DNA of 64,000 nucleotides. Source: Candidatus Eiseniibacteriota bacterium. GTDB taxonomy: Bacteria; Arandabacterota; Arandabacteria; Arandabacterales; Arandabacteraceae. Position 1 is the first letter of the stretch, and the number at the start of each line of letters is the position of its first letter. Of the stretch, positions 38,197 through 48,673 are shown in pieces. The notes beneath the pieces were generated by a model. It made no database searches and was not told the DNA's origin. It worked only from the letters and a program-made list of their open reading frames with translations. The position numbers and the translations under genes are program-made. Location: assembly GCA_043810925.1 (NCBI GenBank), contig JBDRNT010000091.1:18800-82799 (forward strand). Direction: 5' to 3'.

Positions 38197-39456
38197 CTAG
38201 AAGCCTATAACATACTGGATTACAAACTCGTGGGGATGGCCACCCTTACCGTCGTCATGCGCAAAACTCTGGCTTATCTTGAAGTTGGATAGAGGGTGGT
38301 TTGCCGGTGGCGGATATATGATCAGCCCGAAGGTGGATCTCTTGATGTCACGTCCGGACCCGTCGTCCAGATCAACCTGGCCATACCGTCCTACGGCCTC
38401 GAAATTCGAGCTGACACGATACGCCACCTCCCCGTAGAAACCCCGCTTCATGAGATCATCCCCGCTTGTCTCCTGGGCCCCCCCCACGTATTCTCCTCTC
38501 ATCGTCAGATCACCCCTCCGGCAGTCGAACGCCAGGTCCCAGATATCAAGGTTCTGCTTCCCGTCCACGGTGTAGGCACCGGTGTAGTATGAAGCGCTGA
38601 TCTCTGTGTCTTGCCGCGGCTTGAGTCCTATTCGGCCGCCACGCGCCTTGTTGTCGTGATTGCTGTCTCTATTGTTGCCGCGCATCTTGCGTATGTCGCC
38701 CCCGTCGGCAACCGAACCGTCCGCGTTCGCCGATTGCTCCAGCCCGTTGACGATATAGGCACTGTAATTGATGGAGCGACCGTGTATGAATTCGTACGAT
38801 CCTCTCACCTGCACGCCGGATTCCGCCCACACGATCGGTACAATGTTCCAAAGGCACAGGGGCCTGTCCGGCAGTTTGTTGGCATATTCGGTGCTGAGAA
38901 ACTCGTTGAACCGTCCCATCGGGACCAGGAACTTCCCGAAGCGAAGGATCGCAAGACCCGCCAGTTTGTAATCGAGTATCCCGTAGCGGACTCCCAGGTC
39001 GTCTCCACCATGTTCGTATTCGAGCAGTACCTCCGCAACGATCTTGTCGTCGATGTTCACACCCGCGATGACGTTGAAGTAGTGGAGATCGAAGGTGCTC
39101 ACTTGTCTGCCACGATTGAGATCGAAGTCTCTGTAGACAGCCGCTGCGTAACCGTGGAGATACGGCTCGGCCTCCATCTGCTCAAGCTGGGTCCCGAACC
39201 AGCCCGGCCGGTCCTCTGTGATGTCTATCTCCATGAGCTGGGCAAGAGTCAGGTTAAACAACTCTTCGTCAACGGCACAGGAGTCGGGGTAGGCTTCCGA
39301 GGTCAACCGCTGTGCCCGGGATTCCTGCGCCGACAGGATAAGCCCGGTAAGCACTGTGAGAGCAATGAAGCATGCAAATAGGAATCTACGCACTCGTGCC
39401 TGCTTTCCTGATTTCCGCCGTTCGACCTCTCTACTATGGCCTTCGGCCAATCGCAC
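38197..39456 (-). CDS. Putative outer-membrane beta-barrel protein
   Basis: 419 aa; signal peptide (FLFACFIALTVLTGLILSAQ), alternating amphipathic strands, C-terminal ...IQYVIGF ending in Phe (beta-signal). Start codon uncertain. Confidence 0.4.
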   Translation of the reverse strand: MRLAEGHSREVERRKSGKQARVRRFLFACFIALTVLTGLILSAQESRAQRLTSEAYPDSCAVDEELFNLTLAQLMEIDITEDRPGWFGTQLEQMEAEPYLHGYAAAVYRDFDLNRGRQVSTFDLHYFNVIAGVNIDDKIVAEVLLEYEHGGDDLGVRYGILDYKLAGLAILRFGKFLVPMGRFNEFLSTEYANKLPDRPLCLWNIVPIVWAESGVQVRGSYEFIHGRSINYSAYIVNGLEQSANADGSVADGGDIRKMRGNNRDSNHDNKARGGRIGLKPRQDTEISASYYTGAYTVDGKQNLDIWDLAFDCRRGDLTMRGEYVGGAQETSGDDLMKRGFYGEVAYRVSSNFEAVGRYGQVDLDDGSGRDIKRSTFGLIIYPPPANHPLSNFKISQSFAHDDGKGGHPHEFVIQYVIGF

Positions 39457-39661
39457 CCCCCGCTTTAGGAAATGCGGTCAGGCTCGGGATCTTGAGGTTG
39501 TTGCTGCACGGGCCTTCTATGCTCAGGCCACTCCTTTCGCCGGGCTATCGCTGGCACACCTCTCGCTTTGCCTTGCTCAGAAAAGGCATTCGCTTGCGGC
39601 ACAAGAGGCGTACCAGCAGATCGCAATCTATATGATCGTATGGGAATATGTTTATGTACGC

Positions 39662-40282
39662 TTAGCGGTCTCGTACCATCTCTTTGACCCGCATCAGGCG
39701 GGTGAGATTGCCCCGTTCCATCTCGGAGAGTTTCATTGAGATGTAGCGGATGGTCTCAAGCAGATTAGGTATGAGTACGTATTCGAGGGCATTGACCCGG
39801 CGCCGCGTTCTTTCGATCTCGTCACCAATGAGTTCGAGGGCCTTCTCCTTGCTTGCCAGCTCAACCATCCGGCCGAGCACTTTCTCCATCGCAACCAGAG
39901 ACGTATCAAGCTCGGCGGGTGTCGTCGCCAGGCCGTATGATGCAAGTTTGCCTTCGGTCTTGAGCGTGAAGACCGGTACAACCACGTTCATGATCTGATC
40001 CCGCTCCACCTCGACAAAGGTCTTACGCGTCGGCACGCTGACCGCAGTCTCTATGACTTCCGCGCCCCCGACCGATCGAGCCACCAGGAACCGCTTCCAG
40101 GCTTCCTCAAGTTCCTTTTCCACATCCAGCCGGAGCTCCTTGATCTGGTGAACCAGCCCCATGAAACGCTTCATCAGCTCGTCACGCTTGTCCTTGAGAA
40201 GCTTATGGCCCCTCCGGGCAAGCTGAAGCCGTTTGCGGAGCCTCAGGAGCTCCATCCGGGTTGGATTAACCGCTAATCTCAC
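39662..40282 (-). CDS. atpD: A/V-type ATP synthase subunit D
   Basis: 206 aa, coiled-coil, last gene of the ATPase operon. Confidence 0.8.
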   Translation of the reverse strand: MRLAVNPTRMELLRLRKRLQLARRGHKLLKDKRDELMKRFMGLVHQIKELRLDVEKELEEAWKRFLVARSVGGAEVIETAVSVPTRKTFVEVERDQIMNVVVPVFTLKTEGKLASYGLATTPAELDTSLVAMEKVLGRMVELASKEKALELIGDEIERTRRRVNALEYVLIPNLLETIRYISMKLSEMERGNLTRLMRVKEMVRDR

Positions 40283-40317
40283 GTGTCTCCGACTCTCCTG
40301 TCACTCTATCTCCCGGC

Positions 40318-41733
40318 TCAGTCCGCCGCGGCCTCGACGGCCCCGGCTCCCGCTGTCTTCTTGAACTTCGGTAGATACTTATCAAGCCATTCCTGTCTTA
40401 TTCGCTTAAGCTCGACCGTCGGGAACACCGAGAGCAACTCCCAACCCAGGTCAAGCGTGGCTTCGATCGATCTGTCATCGTATTCCGCCTGAGAAACATA
40501 CCGCCCCTCGAAAGCCGATGCGAACTTGAGATATTGCTTGTCGATATCACTCAGGGCGGCCTCACCCAAAATCACCGACAGCTCCTCGGCCTCCTTGCCC
40601 CTTGCATAGGCGGCGAAGAGCTGGTTGAAGGTGTCCGAATGGTCTTCCCTGGTCTTGCCGGCGCCGATACCCTTGTCCTTGAGACGCGAAAGCGACGGCA
40701 GAACATCGATCGGCGGGGAAACCATCTTCTTATGAAGCGCCCGCGACAGGAAGATCTGCCCCTCGGTGATATAGCCCGTAAGATCGGCGATCGGATGGGT
40801 CTTGTCATCCTCGGGCATTGTAAGAATGGGAATCAGGGTTATGGATCCCGCGTTGTCCTTGAGTCTGCCCGCCCGCTCATAGATCGTTGCAAGATCGGTG
40901 TAGAGGTAGCCCGGGTAGCCTCGTCTACCGGGGATCTCTTTTCTTGCAGCCGAAATCTCACGAAGGGCCTCACAGTAGTTGGTCATATCGCTTAAGATCA
41001 CAAGCACGTGCATGCCCTTGTCAAAGGCGAGGAATTCCGCAGTCGTAAGCGCCAGCCGGGGCGTTGCGATTCGCTCGATGGCCGGATCGTCGGCAAGATT
41101 GATGAAAAGGACCGCACGATCGATGGCACCGGTCTTACGCATGTCAGAAATAAAGAAGTGGGCCTCCTCAAAAGTAATGCCCATTGCTCCGAAGACAACG
41201 GCAAATGATTCCTCGGTACCAAGCACCTTGGCCTGCCGTGCGATCTGGGCTGCGAGTCTGTTGTGCGGCAGCCCCGATCCTGAAAATATGGGCAACTTCT
41301 GGCCGCGCACAAGCGTGTTGAGTCCGTCGATCGCAGATAGCCCGGTCTGGATAAACTCGCTGGGGTAGTTCCTGGCGGTGGGATTATAGGGGTTCCCGCT
41401 TATGTCGCGTCGCTCATCTGCGATTATCTTGGGACCGTCGTCGATGGGCCTGCCGAGTCCGTCAAAGACCCTTCCCAACATGTCGGATGATAACCCGATC
41501 TCGATGCCCCTGCCCAGGAAACGCACCTTGGTCTTGAAGACATCCACTCCGGTAGTCCCCTCAAATAGCTGGATGAGGGCTCTGTCTCTGTCGATCTCGA
41601 GTACCCTTCCCCGTCTCACCTCACCACCGGGGAGCTCTACCTCAACAATCTCCTCGTATTTCGCCCCTTCGATCTCCTCTACAAGTACAAGAGGACCCGT
41701 GATATGTCTGATCGTGAGGTACTCCTTAAGCAT
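40318..41733 (-). CDS. atpB: A/V-type ATP synthase subunit B (non-catalytic)
   Basis: 471 aa; degenerate P-loop region, V-ATPase B signature. Confidence 0.9.
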   Translation of the reverse strand: MLKEYLTIRHITGPLVLVEEIEGAKYEEIVEVELPGGEVRRGRVLEIDRDRALIQLFEGTTGVDVFKTKVRFLGRGIEIGLSSDMLGRVFDGLGRPIDDGPKIIADERRDISGNPYNPTARNYPSEFIQTGLSAIDGLNTLVRGQKLPIFSGSGLPHNRLAAQIARQAKVLGTEESFAVVFGAMGITFEEAHFFISDMRKTGAIDRAVLFINLADDPAIERIATPRLALTTAEFLAFDKGMHVLVILSDMTNYCEALREISAARKEIPGRRGYPGYLYTDLATIYERAGRLKDNAGSITLIPILTMPEDDKTHPIADLTGYITEGQIFLSRALHKKMVSPPIDVLPSLSRLKDKGIGAGKTREDHSDTFNQLFAAYARGKEAEELSVILGEAALSDIDKQYLKFASAFEGRYVSQAEYDDRSIEATLDLGWELLSVFPTVELKRIRQEWLDKYLPKFKKTAGAGAVEAAAD

Positions 41734-41747
41734 CGCCTCTCTCCTCG

Positions 41748-43523
41748 TTATTCGGCTGTTGCGCCCATTAAGGCTTTGATCTCCTGGTCTATCGTGTCCT
41801 TTATGCCTTTGATACTGGCCAGTTTGTCTTCGGGTTCATACTTCGCTCTCGCTATCCGCTCCCTGACCTCCATCCCCTCGATTGCCGAGATCGCTACACC
41901 CTGCTTGAGGGCCTCTCGTGCGGCACTACCAAAGTAGAGCACGAGTTTGAGCATTTCATACTGTTTCTCAAGCGATGTATACGTGTCGACCTCATGGAAC
42001 GCGTTCTGATGCAGGAAGTCCTCCCTGATCGACCGGGCCACCTCGAGTGTAAGCCTGTCCGCGGCGGACAGGGATTCCAGCCCGACAAGCCGCACGATCT
42101 CAGCCAGATCGGCTTCCTCCTGAAGTATCCGCATCGCTTCACTTCTTAAGTCGACCCAGTCAGGTGCAACATTCTCCTTCATCCAGTCATCGAGGTTGTC
42201 GTAGTAAAGCGAATAGCTGTTAAGCCAGCTTATAGCAGGAAAATGCCGTTTATAGGCCAGGTGGTCTTCAAGACTCCAGAATACCTTGACCACACGAAGC
42301 GTCGCCTGGACGACCGGATCCGAGAGATCGCCTCCGGGAGGCGAAACCGCCCCGACCACCGACAGGGCGCCTTCCCGGCCCTCTTTGCCGTTACATGTCA
42401 CGCGCCCGGCCCGCTCATAGAACTCGGCAACCCGTGAACTGAGGTAGGCCGGATAGCCTTCCTCGCCGGGCATCTCCTCGAGCCGCCCGGAGATCTCACG
42501 CATAGCTTCCGCCCACCTAGAGGTTGAATCGGCCATCACCGCGACGCTGTAACCCATGTCCCTGAAATACTCCGCGATTGTGATACCGGTGTAGACTGAG
42601 GCTTCTCTTGCCGCCACCGGCATGTTGGACGTATTCGCTATAAGCACGGTCCGCTTCATCAGAGGTTCGCCGCTTCTCGGATCCTTAAGCTCGGGGAACT
42701 CCAGCAGCACATCGGTCATCTCATTACCGCGTTCACCGCAACCTATATAGACGATTATCTCGGTATCCGCCCACTTGGCGAGCTGATGCTGGATTACCGT
42801 TTTGCCCGAACCGAACGGCCCCGGCACACAGGCCGTGCCACCCTTGCCTACCGGAAAGAAGCCGTCAATTACACGCTGGCCTGTTGAAAGCGGGACTATG
42901 GGCGGCAGCTTCTCCTTATACGGCCGGCCCTTTCTGACGGGCCAGCGTTGGACCATCATGAGGTCCTCTGTGCCGCCTTCGGTCTCCAGCTTCCCAACGA
43001 CCTCTTCTATCGTAAACTCGCCGCTCTTGATCTCGGCGATCTTCCCCTTCTTGCCCGGCGGAATCATTATCTTGTGAACAACCAGAACCGTCTCCTGGAC
43101 GGTGCCGATTACGTCACCGCCGATCACCTCGTCACCCGGCTTCACCGTGGGTACGAAGTGCCATTTCTTCTCTCTGTTAAGCGCCGGGATGTCAATGCCC
43201 CTAGTAATGTAGTCACCGACCATGGCCCTGATGACGTCAAGCGGCCGCTGGATGCCGTCAAAGATCGACTCAATCAGCCCGGGACCGAGCTCGACTGAAA
43301 GCGGCGATCCTGTCGGGTACACGGGCTCGCCTGCTCCGATTCCACCCGTCTCTTCATACACCTGGATAGACGCAAGGTCCTCTCTGAGCTCGATTATCTC
43401 GCCGATCAGTTTCTGGTCACTGACCCGCACCACGTCATACATCCTACTTCCGCCCATACCTTCAGCCACGACGAGCGGTCCGGCGACTTTTACTGTTCTT
43501 CCTGGCTTGAGGTCTTGCTCCAC
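41748..43523 (-). CDS. atpA: A/V-type ATP synthase catalytic subunit A
   Basis: 591 aa; Walker A GPFGSGKT, non-homologous insert region typical of A subunits. Confidence 0.9.
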   Translation of the reverse strand: MEQDLKPGRTVKVAGPLVVAEGMGGSRMYDVVRVSDQKLIGEIIELREDLASIQVYEETGGIGAGEPVYPTGSPLSVELGPGLIESIFDGIQRPLDVIRAMVGDYITRGIDIPALNREKKWHFVPTVKPGDEVIGGDVIGTVQETVLVVHKIMIPPGKKGKIAEIKSGEFTIEEVVGKLETEGGTEDLMMVQRWPVRKGRPYKEKLPPIVPLSTGQRVIDGFFPVGKGGTACVPGPFGSGKTVIQHQLAKWADTEIIVYIGCGERGNEMTDVLLEFPELKDPRSGEPLMKRTVLIANTSNMPVAAREASVYTGITIAEYFRDMGYSVAVMADSTSRWAEAMREISGRLEEMPGEEGYPAYLSSRVAEFYERAGRVTCNGKEGREGALSVVGAVSPPGGDLSDPVVQATLRVVKVFWSLEDHLAYKRHFPAISWLNSYSLYYDNLDDWMKENVAPDWVDLRSEAMRILQEEADLAEIVRLVGLESLSAADRLTLEVARSIREDFLHQNAFHEVDTYTSLEKQYEMLKLVLYFGSAAREALKQGVAISAIEGMEVRERIARAKYEPEDKLASIKGIKDTIDQEIKALMGATAE

Positions 43524-43544
43524 CTCTAAGAACCTCCCTTTTGT

Positions 43545-43871
43545 CTATTCAACATTTAGTATATCAGTACCAAGTGCGCGCTTGAGCACGCGAGAGAGTT
43601 TCTTAAGTCCGATCTGTTGCGATCCCGAACTCGAGGGCACGAGCACGACACTCGGCACGTACTCCCTGCCCGACTCGGCAATGACATCGGCAAGATCCTT
43701 ACCCATCTCCTCCGTGACAAATATCACGGCGTGTTCGTTCTTCTTAATAAGCCTCGACACGGTAGCCCTTGCGTCATCTATCGACTCCACAGGAAAGGCG
43801 GAGATCCCCAACCCCTCGAATGCAATCACGGTTTCCTTTTCTCCAACAACGGCCAGCCGGCTAGTCAGCAT
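43545..43871 (-). CDS. atpF: A/V-type ATP synthase subunit F
   Basis: ORF 43545..43925; probable start MLTSRLAVVGEKETVIAFEGLGI at 43871. Confidence 0.65.
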   Translation of the reverse strand: MLTSRLAVVGEKETVIAFEGLGISAFPVESIDDARATVSRLIKKNEHAVIFVTEEMGKDLADVIAESGREYVPSVVLVPSSSGSQQIGLKKLSRVLKRALGTDILNVE

Positions 43872-44886
43872 CTGGAATCCGCTCCTTGATCGCTTCCAAG
43901 GGAAGCTTCCTGTCCTTCGCCGCAAGGATCAAACTCAATGTCCTTATCTCATTCTGCTTAAGCAGTGCGTATGCGATTATGATTTCAAGTCCAAAAGTGA
44001 AGTACCGCGATTGCCTGAGCAACGCAACCATGTAGTTGGCAATCTCGCGTTCAAGCGACACAAAAGATTCGTCCTTCTCAAGCCCGGCCCCGCCTTTTTC
44101 TATCACCTGTCTGTACGGACTGAGCTCGAAGTGCTGTAGCAGTTCCTCGAGAGGCAGCGCGTATGCCGCCGCGAAGTCCACCGCCGACACAAAGCCCTCA
44201 TCGAAAAGCAACCGCTGGAGCGCGCGCGCCTCAAACCCCAGGTAACGCGCACGCATGAAACTTCTGATGTTGGCAAGATCAATCCATGTTCTCACAATCC
44301 CTTCAATGTATAGATTACCCGGGCCCTCCACGAGCGACACGAATCGCGCGAACATAGCCCGGTCTATCGCAAGGTCGACCTCCGAAGGGTCACCCGACTT
44401 CGAGTAGGTCTCAAGGGCCGCCCGCGCAGCTGCAATCAAGGGTTCGGGCAACTGCTCGATCGTATCCGCCTTAAGAGGTGCCGCTATTGCTTCCGGGCCG
44501 TAGAGCCCGAAGGAAACATAGAGATGCGCAAGATCCCGCTCGGCGACCTTCTCTCTGACGGCGACCTTGAGATTTTGGAAGTCATATTTCAGGTGGAGTA
44601 TATCGCTTACGTCTCTATCCAGTGAAAGCAGGTCCACGAGATCAAGGAGCCTCGTCTCTTCATCCTTAAGCAGTTTCAGGTAACTACCCTCTTCAATCTC
44701 GTCAAGATGCATACCATAGGTTGTATCTGAAAGGTGTCTCAAGGCGTCTTCCAGGGTCCGGGCTTCGCTGAGGCGTTCGAGCCGTTGTCTTCCCAAAAGC
44801 GTTGTTTCGATCGCCCGTATGCGCCCGACGGCGTAGGCGTACTCGACATCATCGCTTGAGACCATGTACGTTTGCAGGTCTCTCAT
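43861..44886 (-). CDS. atpC: A/V-type ATP synthase subunit C (V0 d-like)
   Basis: 341 aa all-helical protein in canonical operon position between E and F. Confidence 0.7.
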   Translation of the reverse strand: MRDLQTYMVSSDDVEYAYAVGRIRAIETTLLGRQRLERLSEARTLEDALRHLSDTTYGMHLDEIEEGSYLKLLKDEETRLLDLVDLLSLDRDVSDILHLKYDFQNLKVAVREKVAERDLAHLYVSFGLYGPEAIAAPLKADTIEQLPEPLIAAARAALETYSKSGDPSEVDLAIDRAMFARFVSLVEGPGNLYIEGIVRTWIDLANIRSFMRARYLGFEARALQRLLFDEGFVSAVDFAAAYALPLEELLQHFELSPYRQVIEKGGAGLEKDESFVSLEREIANYMVALLRQSRYFTFGLEIIIAYALLKQNEIRTLSLILAAKDRKLPLEAIKERIPDAD

Positions 44887-45512
44887 GCTCCGCCTCTGCC
44901 CTCCCCGAATAGAATCTTCGCCACCTCTGTCTCAACGTCATCGCGCAACATCGAAAGGAGTGTTTCAAAGGTCGAGTTGGACTCCGCGCGGCCTCGACGC
45001 AAGACAAACCCACCCTTGAAGTTGCGTGTCTCCTCTGAGAGCGTGACCTCCCCACGCCTGCCCGTGGTCGTCAGTTCTTTGTTGAGACCGTTGAGGAACG
45101 AACCGCTGATCGACCCTTTGTCCTCGGGAGATACTATTATCTCCTCATCGCCCACTGCGATCGCCTTGAGCATAAGGTCCCGCGTGAGCGCATATCCGCC
45201 ATCGCGGTCTCGTCGTATGAGCTTATCGAGAACCTCGTCGAAGACCCGATCGATCACCTTCCTCTTTTCGGTGAGAACGGCCTTTCTCGCCTCAAGTTCC
45301 CGAAGACTTACCTGTCGTCTCACGAATTCCTTCGCCTCCGCCTCGGCTTTCACTTTGAAGTCGGAGGCTATCTTGTCGGCCTCATCCTGGGCGGCGTCAA
45401 GTATGGCTTTCGCCTCAGCCGTACCTTCCTCGATGATCTTATTCGCCTCAGCCTCGGCGTCACCGGTTATCTTTTGTCTCAGTTTTGCAGCTTTGCCTTG
45501 CTCCATAAGCAT
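44883..45512 (-). CDS. atpE: A/V-type ATP synthase subunit E (peripheral stalk)
   Basis: 209 aa; Ala/Glu/Lys-rich coiled-coil N-half + globular C-domain. Confidence 0.75.
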   Translation of the reverse strand: MLMEQGKAAKLRQKITGDAEAEANKIIEEGTAEAKAILDAAQDEADKIASDFKVKAEAEAKEFVRRQVSLRELEARKAVLTEKRKVIDRVFDEVLDKLIRRDRDGGYALTRDLMLKAIAVGDEEIIVSPEDKGSISGSFLNGLNKELTTTGRRGEVTLSEETRNFKGGFVLRRGRAESNSTFETLLSMLRDDVETEVAKILFGEGRGGA

Positions 45513-45536
45513 CCAGCTCCATCGGCGTTAAGGTTT

Positions 45537-46016
<480 letters not shown>

Positions 46017-46047
46017 CTACTCTCTCCTTCCTCCTTATTCCCCGTAA

Positions 46048-48039
46048 TTAGCTTGATCCCCCAACAAGTCTTGTATACTTCAGATCTCTCTTAAAGGGTT
46101 TGAACGGCTTGCCTCCCCCTTCGAAAAACTTGGGATAGAACTCAACATACTGGAGACGCGCCGAGTGCACAAACCCCCCGAGGGCATTTACCGCTATGTT
46201 AAAGGTGTGACCTCCAACAAGCACAACAACCATCGCGGGCCACCCGATGATGGGAATGTCTCTGGCCATCAGCGCGACCAGGTTTATTACCATGGCGATT
46301 CCACCGGTCGCAAGACCCAGCGCCAGGAGCCTCGTGTATGACAGGATGTCGCCCAGGAAGCCCGTCGCGCCGTAGAGCCTGTAGATACCCGAACCGATTC
46401 TGACTGCGGGGTTCTTTGAAACCCGGTTCGTGAACCCCACTATACCGAGTGCGGCCACGATCGCTGCAGTCTTAAAGCCGGGAACGTAGGCCTCCGGGAG
46501 GTATCCCATCTTACCGGCTCCGAACAGCGCCGCCCCCCAGATAAGCACTATCCAGGTTATCTGTTCGAAAATCCCGGCCATTATGTCCTTTTTTCTGAAG
46601 TTCTCGATCATCTCGATAAGCAAGCCGAATGTCACCTGAATGAACCCGAGCCCGATGGCCAGTGCGAACATCACCATCGGTTGTCTCATGGGATCGAATT
46701 GCATCAGAGCATGCCTGAAACTGCCCACAAACCCGAGCCAGGACGGTAGTACGTCGTCAGTGATACCGAACCAGCCACCCGTGACGGCCCCCATCAGAAC
46801 CGTCATCACACCGCCCGCGAAGATCAACCAGAGGAACTTCCGCGCCGTCTGAAGGTATTTCATCAGAAACAGCGACAGCGCGATCAGCACAAGACCATAG
46901 CCGGCGTCCGTGATACATATCCCGAAGAACAATGCGAAGAATGGGGCAGCCAGCGGAGTCGGATCGACCTCTTTCGAGTGAGGCATACCGTACATTTCGG
47001 TTATAACTTCAAACGGCTTCACCAGCCGGCGGTTCTTGAGTTCTATGGGTGGCTCTTCATCCTTTTCGGGTTCGATCCTCGTGACCTCAGCAGCTGTTAT
47101 CTTGCTTTCGATATCGCTCGTCAGTTTCTCGTATTGAGCCGCCCTTATCCAACCCTGGATCATCCCCGCTTTTCTCGTCGTACCCACCAGGCTCTGGGCG
47201 CGGATCTTTTGCGCTTCCTCCGCGAAATAGTCATGAACGATCATAAGTGTCGGTTTGTGCCCGGCAAGCTCCGCACCCATCACGGCAAGCTGTTCCATCT
47301 TCTCGTCAAGCGGCGCCATCTGGTTTTCGGCATCGACAATAAGTTCATGCGGAAGACCTTTGAGGTCCTCAAAGGTTACCGCCTCGAAATCGTTCCTTCT
47401 TAAGACTTCCTGAACCTTGTCTTCTTCAAAGCGGTGATAGAATACCACGACACAGCTCTCGCGCTCGGTCTCCGAGACCGTCTCGATCTCCGCGGTGTCC
47501 GTCTCACCGGCAAGCACAGATCCCAGCGCGGCGGGGCTTCTGCCTGAGACCGCGCCGGCTACTATTCCTGCCTCTTCCCCCGGCACAAGCTCCTCAAGTG
47601 GAACATCCAGCGCTCTCCAGGGCCGAAGCTGGGCAATCGTATTCTCGAAGTGGTGACGCCTGGCTCTGATCTCGGCCCTTTCAACCTCAAGTTCGTCGAT
47701 CTGCTTCACCACACCCGCGTAGTCGAAGTCATTGATCGTCTCGGTGAATTTGCGCGTATCAACGATGACCTTGCCACCTGAAAGAGCCGAAAGGAACCCA
47801 CCCTTCTCTCCGAACTCCGAGACATCGTCAATCGCCCCCTTAAGATCGGCGACGATCCTTTCCGCATCACTGGTACCTCCGGCCTCGGCCAGTTCAAGAT
47901 CCTTGCCGATCGGCGTTTCCTTAAGATCGAGGATTTGGACCGCTCCCCTGTCCTGGAGCAGGGAGAGAAGGTTGTCTCTCTCCTCAAGGGGAAAGAAGAC
48001 AGCGACCTTCTGCATCGGGGTCAGGGACATATCAGTCAA
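46048..48039 (-). CDS. atpI: A/V-type ATP synthase subunit I (a-subunit)
   Basis: 663 aa; soluble N-half + C-terminal polytopic domain with conserved Arg region (YTRLLALGLATGGIA). Confidence 0.85.
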   Translation of the reverse strand: MTDMSLTPMQKVAVFFPLEERDNLLSLLQDRGAVQILDLKETPIGKDLELAEAGGTSDAERIVADLKGAIDDVSEFGEKGGFLSALSGGKVIVDTRKFTETINDFDYAGVVKQIDELEVERAEIRARRHHFENTIAQLRPWRALDVPLEELVPGEEAGIVAGAVSGRSPAALGSVLAGETDTAEIETVSETERESCVVVFYHRFEEDKVQEVLRRNDFEAVTFEDLKGLPHELIVDAENQMAPLDEKMEQLAVMGAELAGHKPTLMIVHDYFAEEAQKIRAQSLVGTTRKAGMIQGWIRAAQYEKLTSDIESKITAAEVTRIEPEKDEEPPIELKNRRLVKPFEVITEMYGMPHSKEVDPTPLAAPFFALFFGICITDAGYGLVLIALSLFLMKYLQTARKFLWLIFAGGVMTVLMGAVTGGWFGITDDVLPSWLGFVGSFRHALMQFDPMRQPMVMFALAIGLGFIQVTFGLLIEMIENFRKKDIMAGIFEQITWIVLIWGAALFGAGKMGYLPEAYVPGFKTAAIVAALGIVGFTNRVSKNPAVRIGSGIYRLYGATGFLGDILSYTRLLALGLATGGIAMVINLVALMARDIPIIGWPAMVVVLVGGHTFNIAVNALGGFVHSARLQYVEFYPKFFEGGGKPFKPFKRDLKYTRLVGGSS

Positions 48040-48343
48040 GCATCCTTTTTATGACAGCGTCCACGGCCTTCGGGATGTTACCCGATGAGGATTGTTGCAG
48101 GGCTTCCCGCGTTTTCTGCTCGTCGCCGGCAATCTCTTCGGTCCGGCGCGACGCCTCTTCCTCGGCTTTTCCAAGCGCCTGTTTCACGTCTGCGGCCCCT
48201 TTGGTGCGGGCACCCTCAACGAGACTTTTTGCCTCCTCTCGCGCCTTGGCGACGATTTCCGCTTTCTTCTTCCGAGCATCTTCGATCAGGCGCGCCGCGC
48301 TTGCTTCGGTCGCTTTTATCCCGTCTATGACTTCCTTAACCAT
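48032..48343 (-). CDS. A/V-type ATP synthase small stalk subunit (G/H-like)
   Basis: ORF 48032..48412; probable start MVKEVIDGIKATEAS at 48343 (103 aa); Ala/Glu/Lys-rich helix; first gene of operon, 8-bp overlap with subunit I. Confidence 0.55.
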   Translation of the reverse strand: MVKEVIDGIKATEASAARLIEDARKKKAEIVAKAREEAKSLVEGARTKGAADVKQALGKAEEEASRRTEEIAGDEQKTREALQQSSSGNIPKAVDAVIKRMLD

Positions 48344-48564
48344 ACTCCCCCCATAGTTACGGAAGAAAACACGAATAGGTTCCCCGGTCGCAGCTGCGGC
48401 AGACTCTGGCAAGGGAATGGTATTTTGAATCCCACGCGACGCTTAACGACGACCGTGAAACCCCGTATTTTTACTACGCCGAGCGCCCTATGTCAAGCTA
48501 TTAAACCCCCGGTCAGGTTGCCGAAACTCTGCCGGGACCGGTGCATGACTTGATCTGATATGAC

Positions 48565-48591
48565 GAGGCCGCACCCACCGGGTACGGCCTC
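48565..48591. terminator. GC-rich hairpin downstream of the T9SS protein gene (possible terminator/insulator before the ATPase operon)
   Basis: GAGGCCG-c-ACCC-acc-GGGT-a-CGGCCTC; no clear U-tract on the minus strand. Confidence 0.2.
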
Positions 48592-48673
48592 TTATAAACA
48601 TACCTGTTGTGGCCGGATTCAGCCGGAATACAACGTCTGGATCTCCACCGTCGTTACCGGCAGGCAGGCCACA

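Noticed and set aside
48565..48591. Hairpin as rho-independent terminator
   Set aside because: Stable GC stem but no U-tract on the strand of the upstream gene; kept only as low-confidence feature
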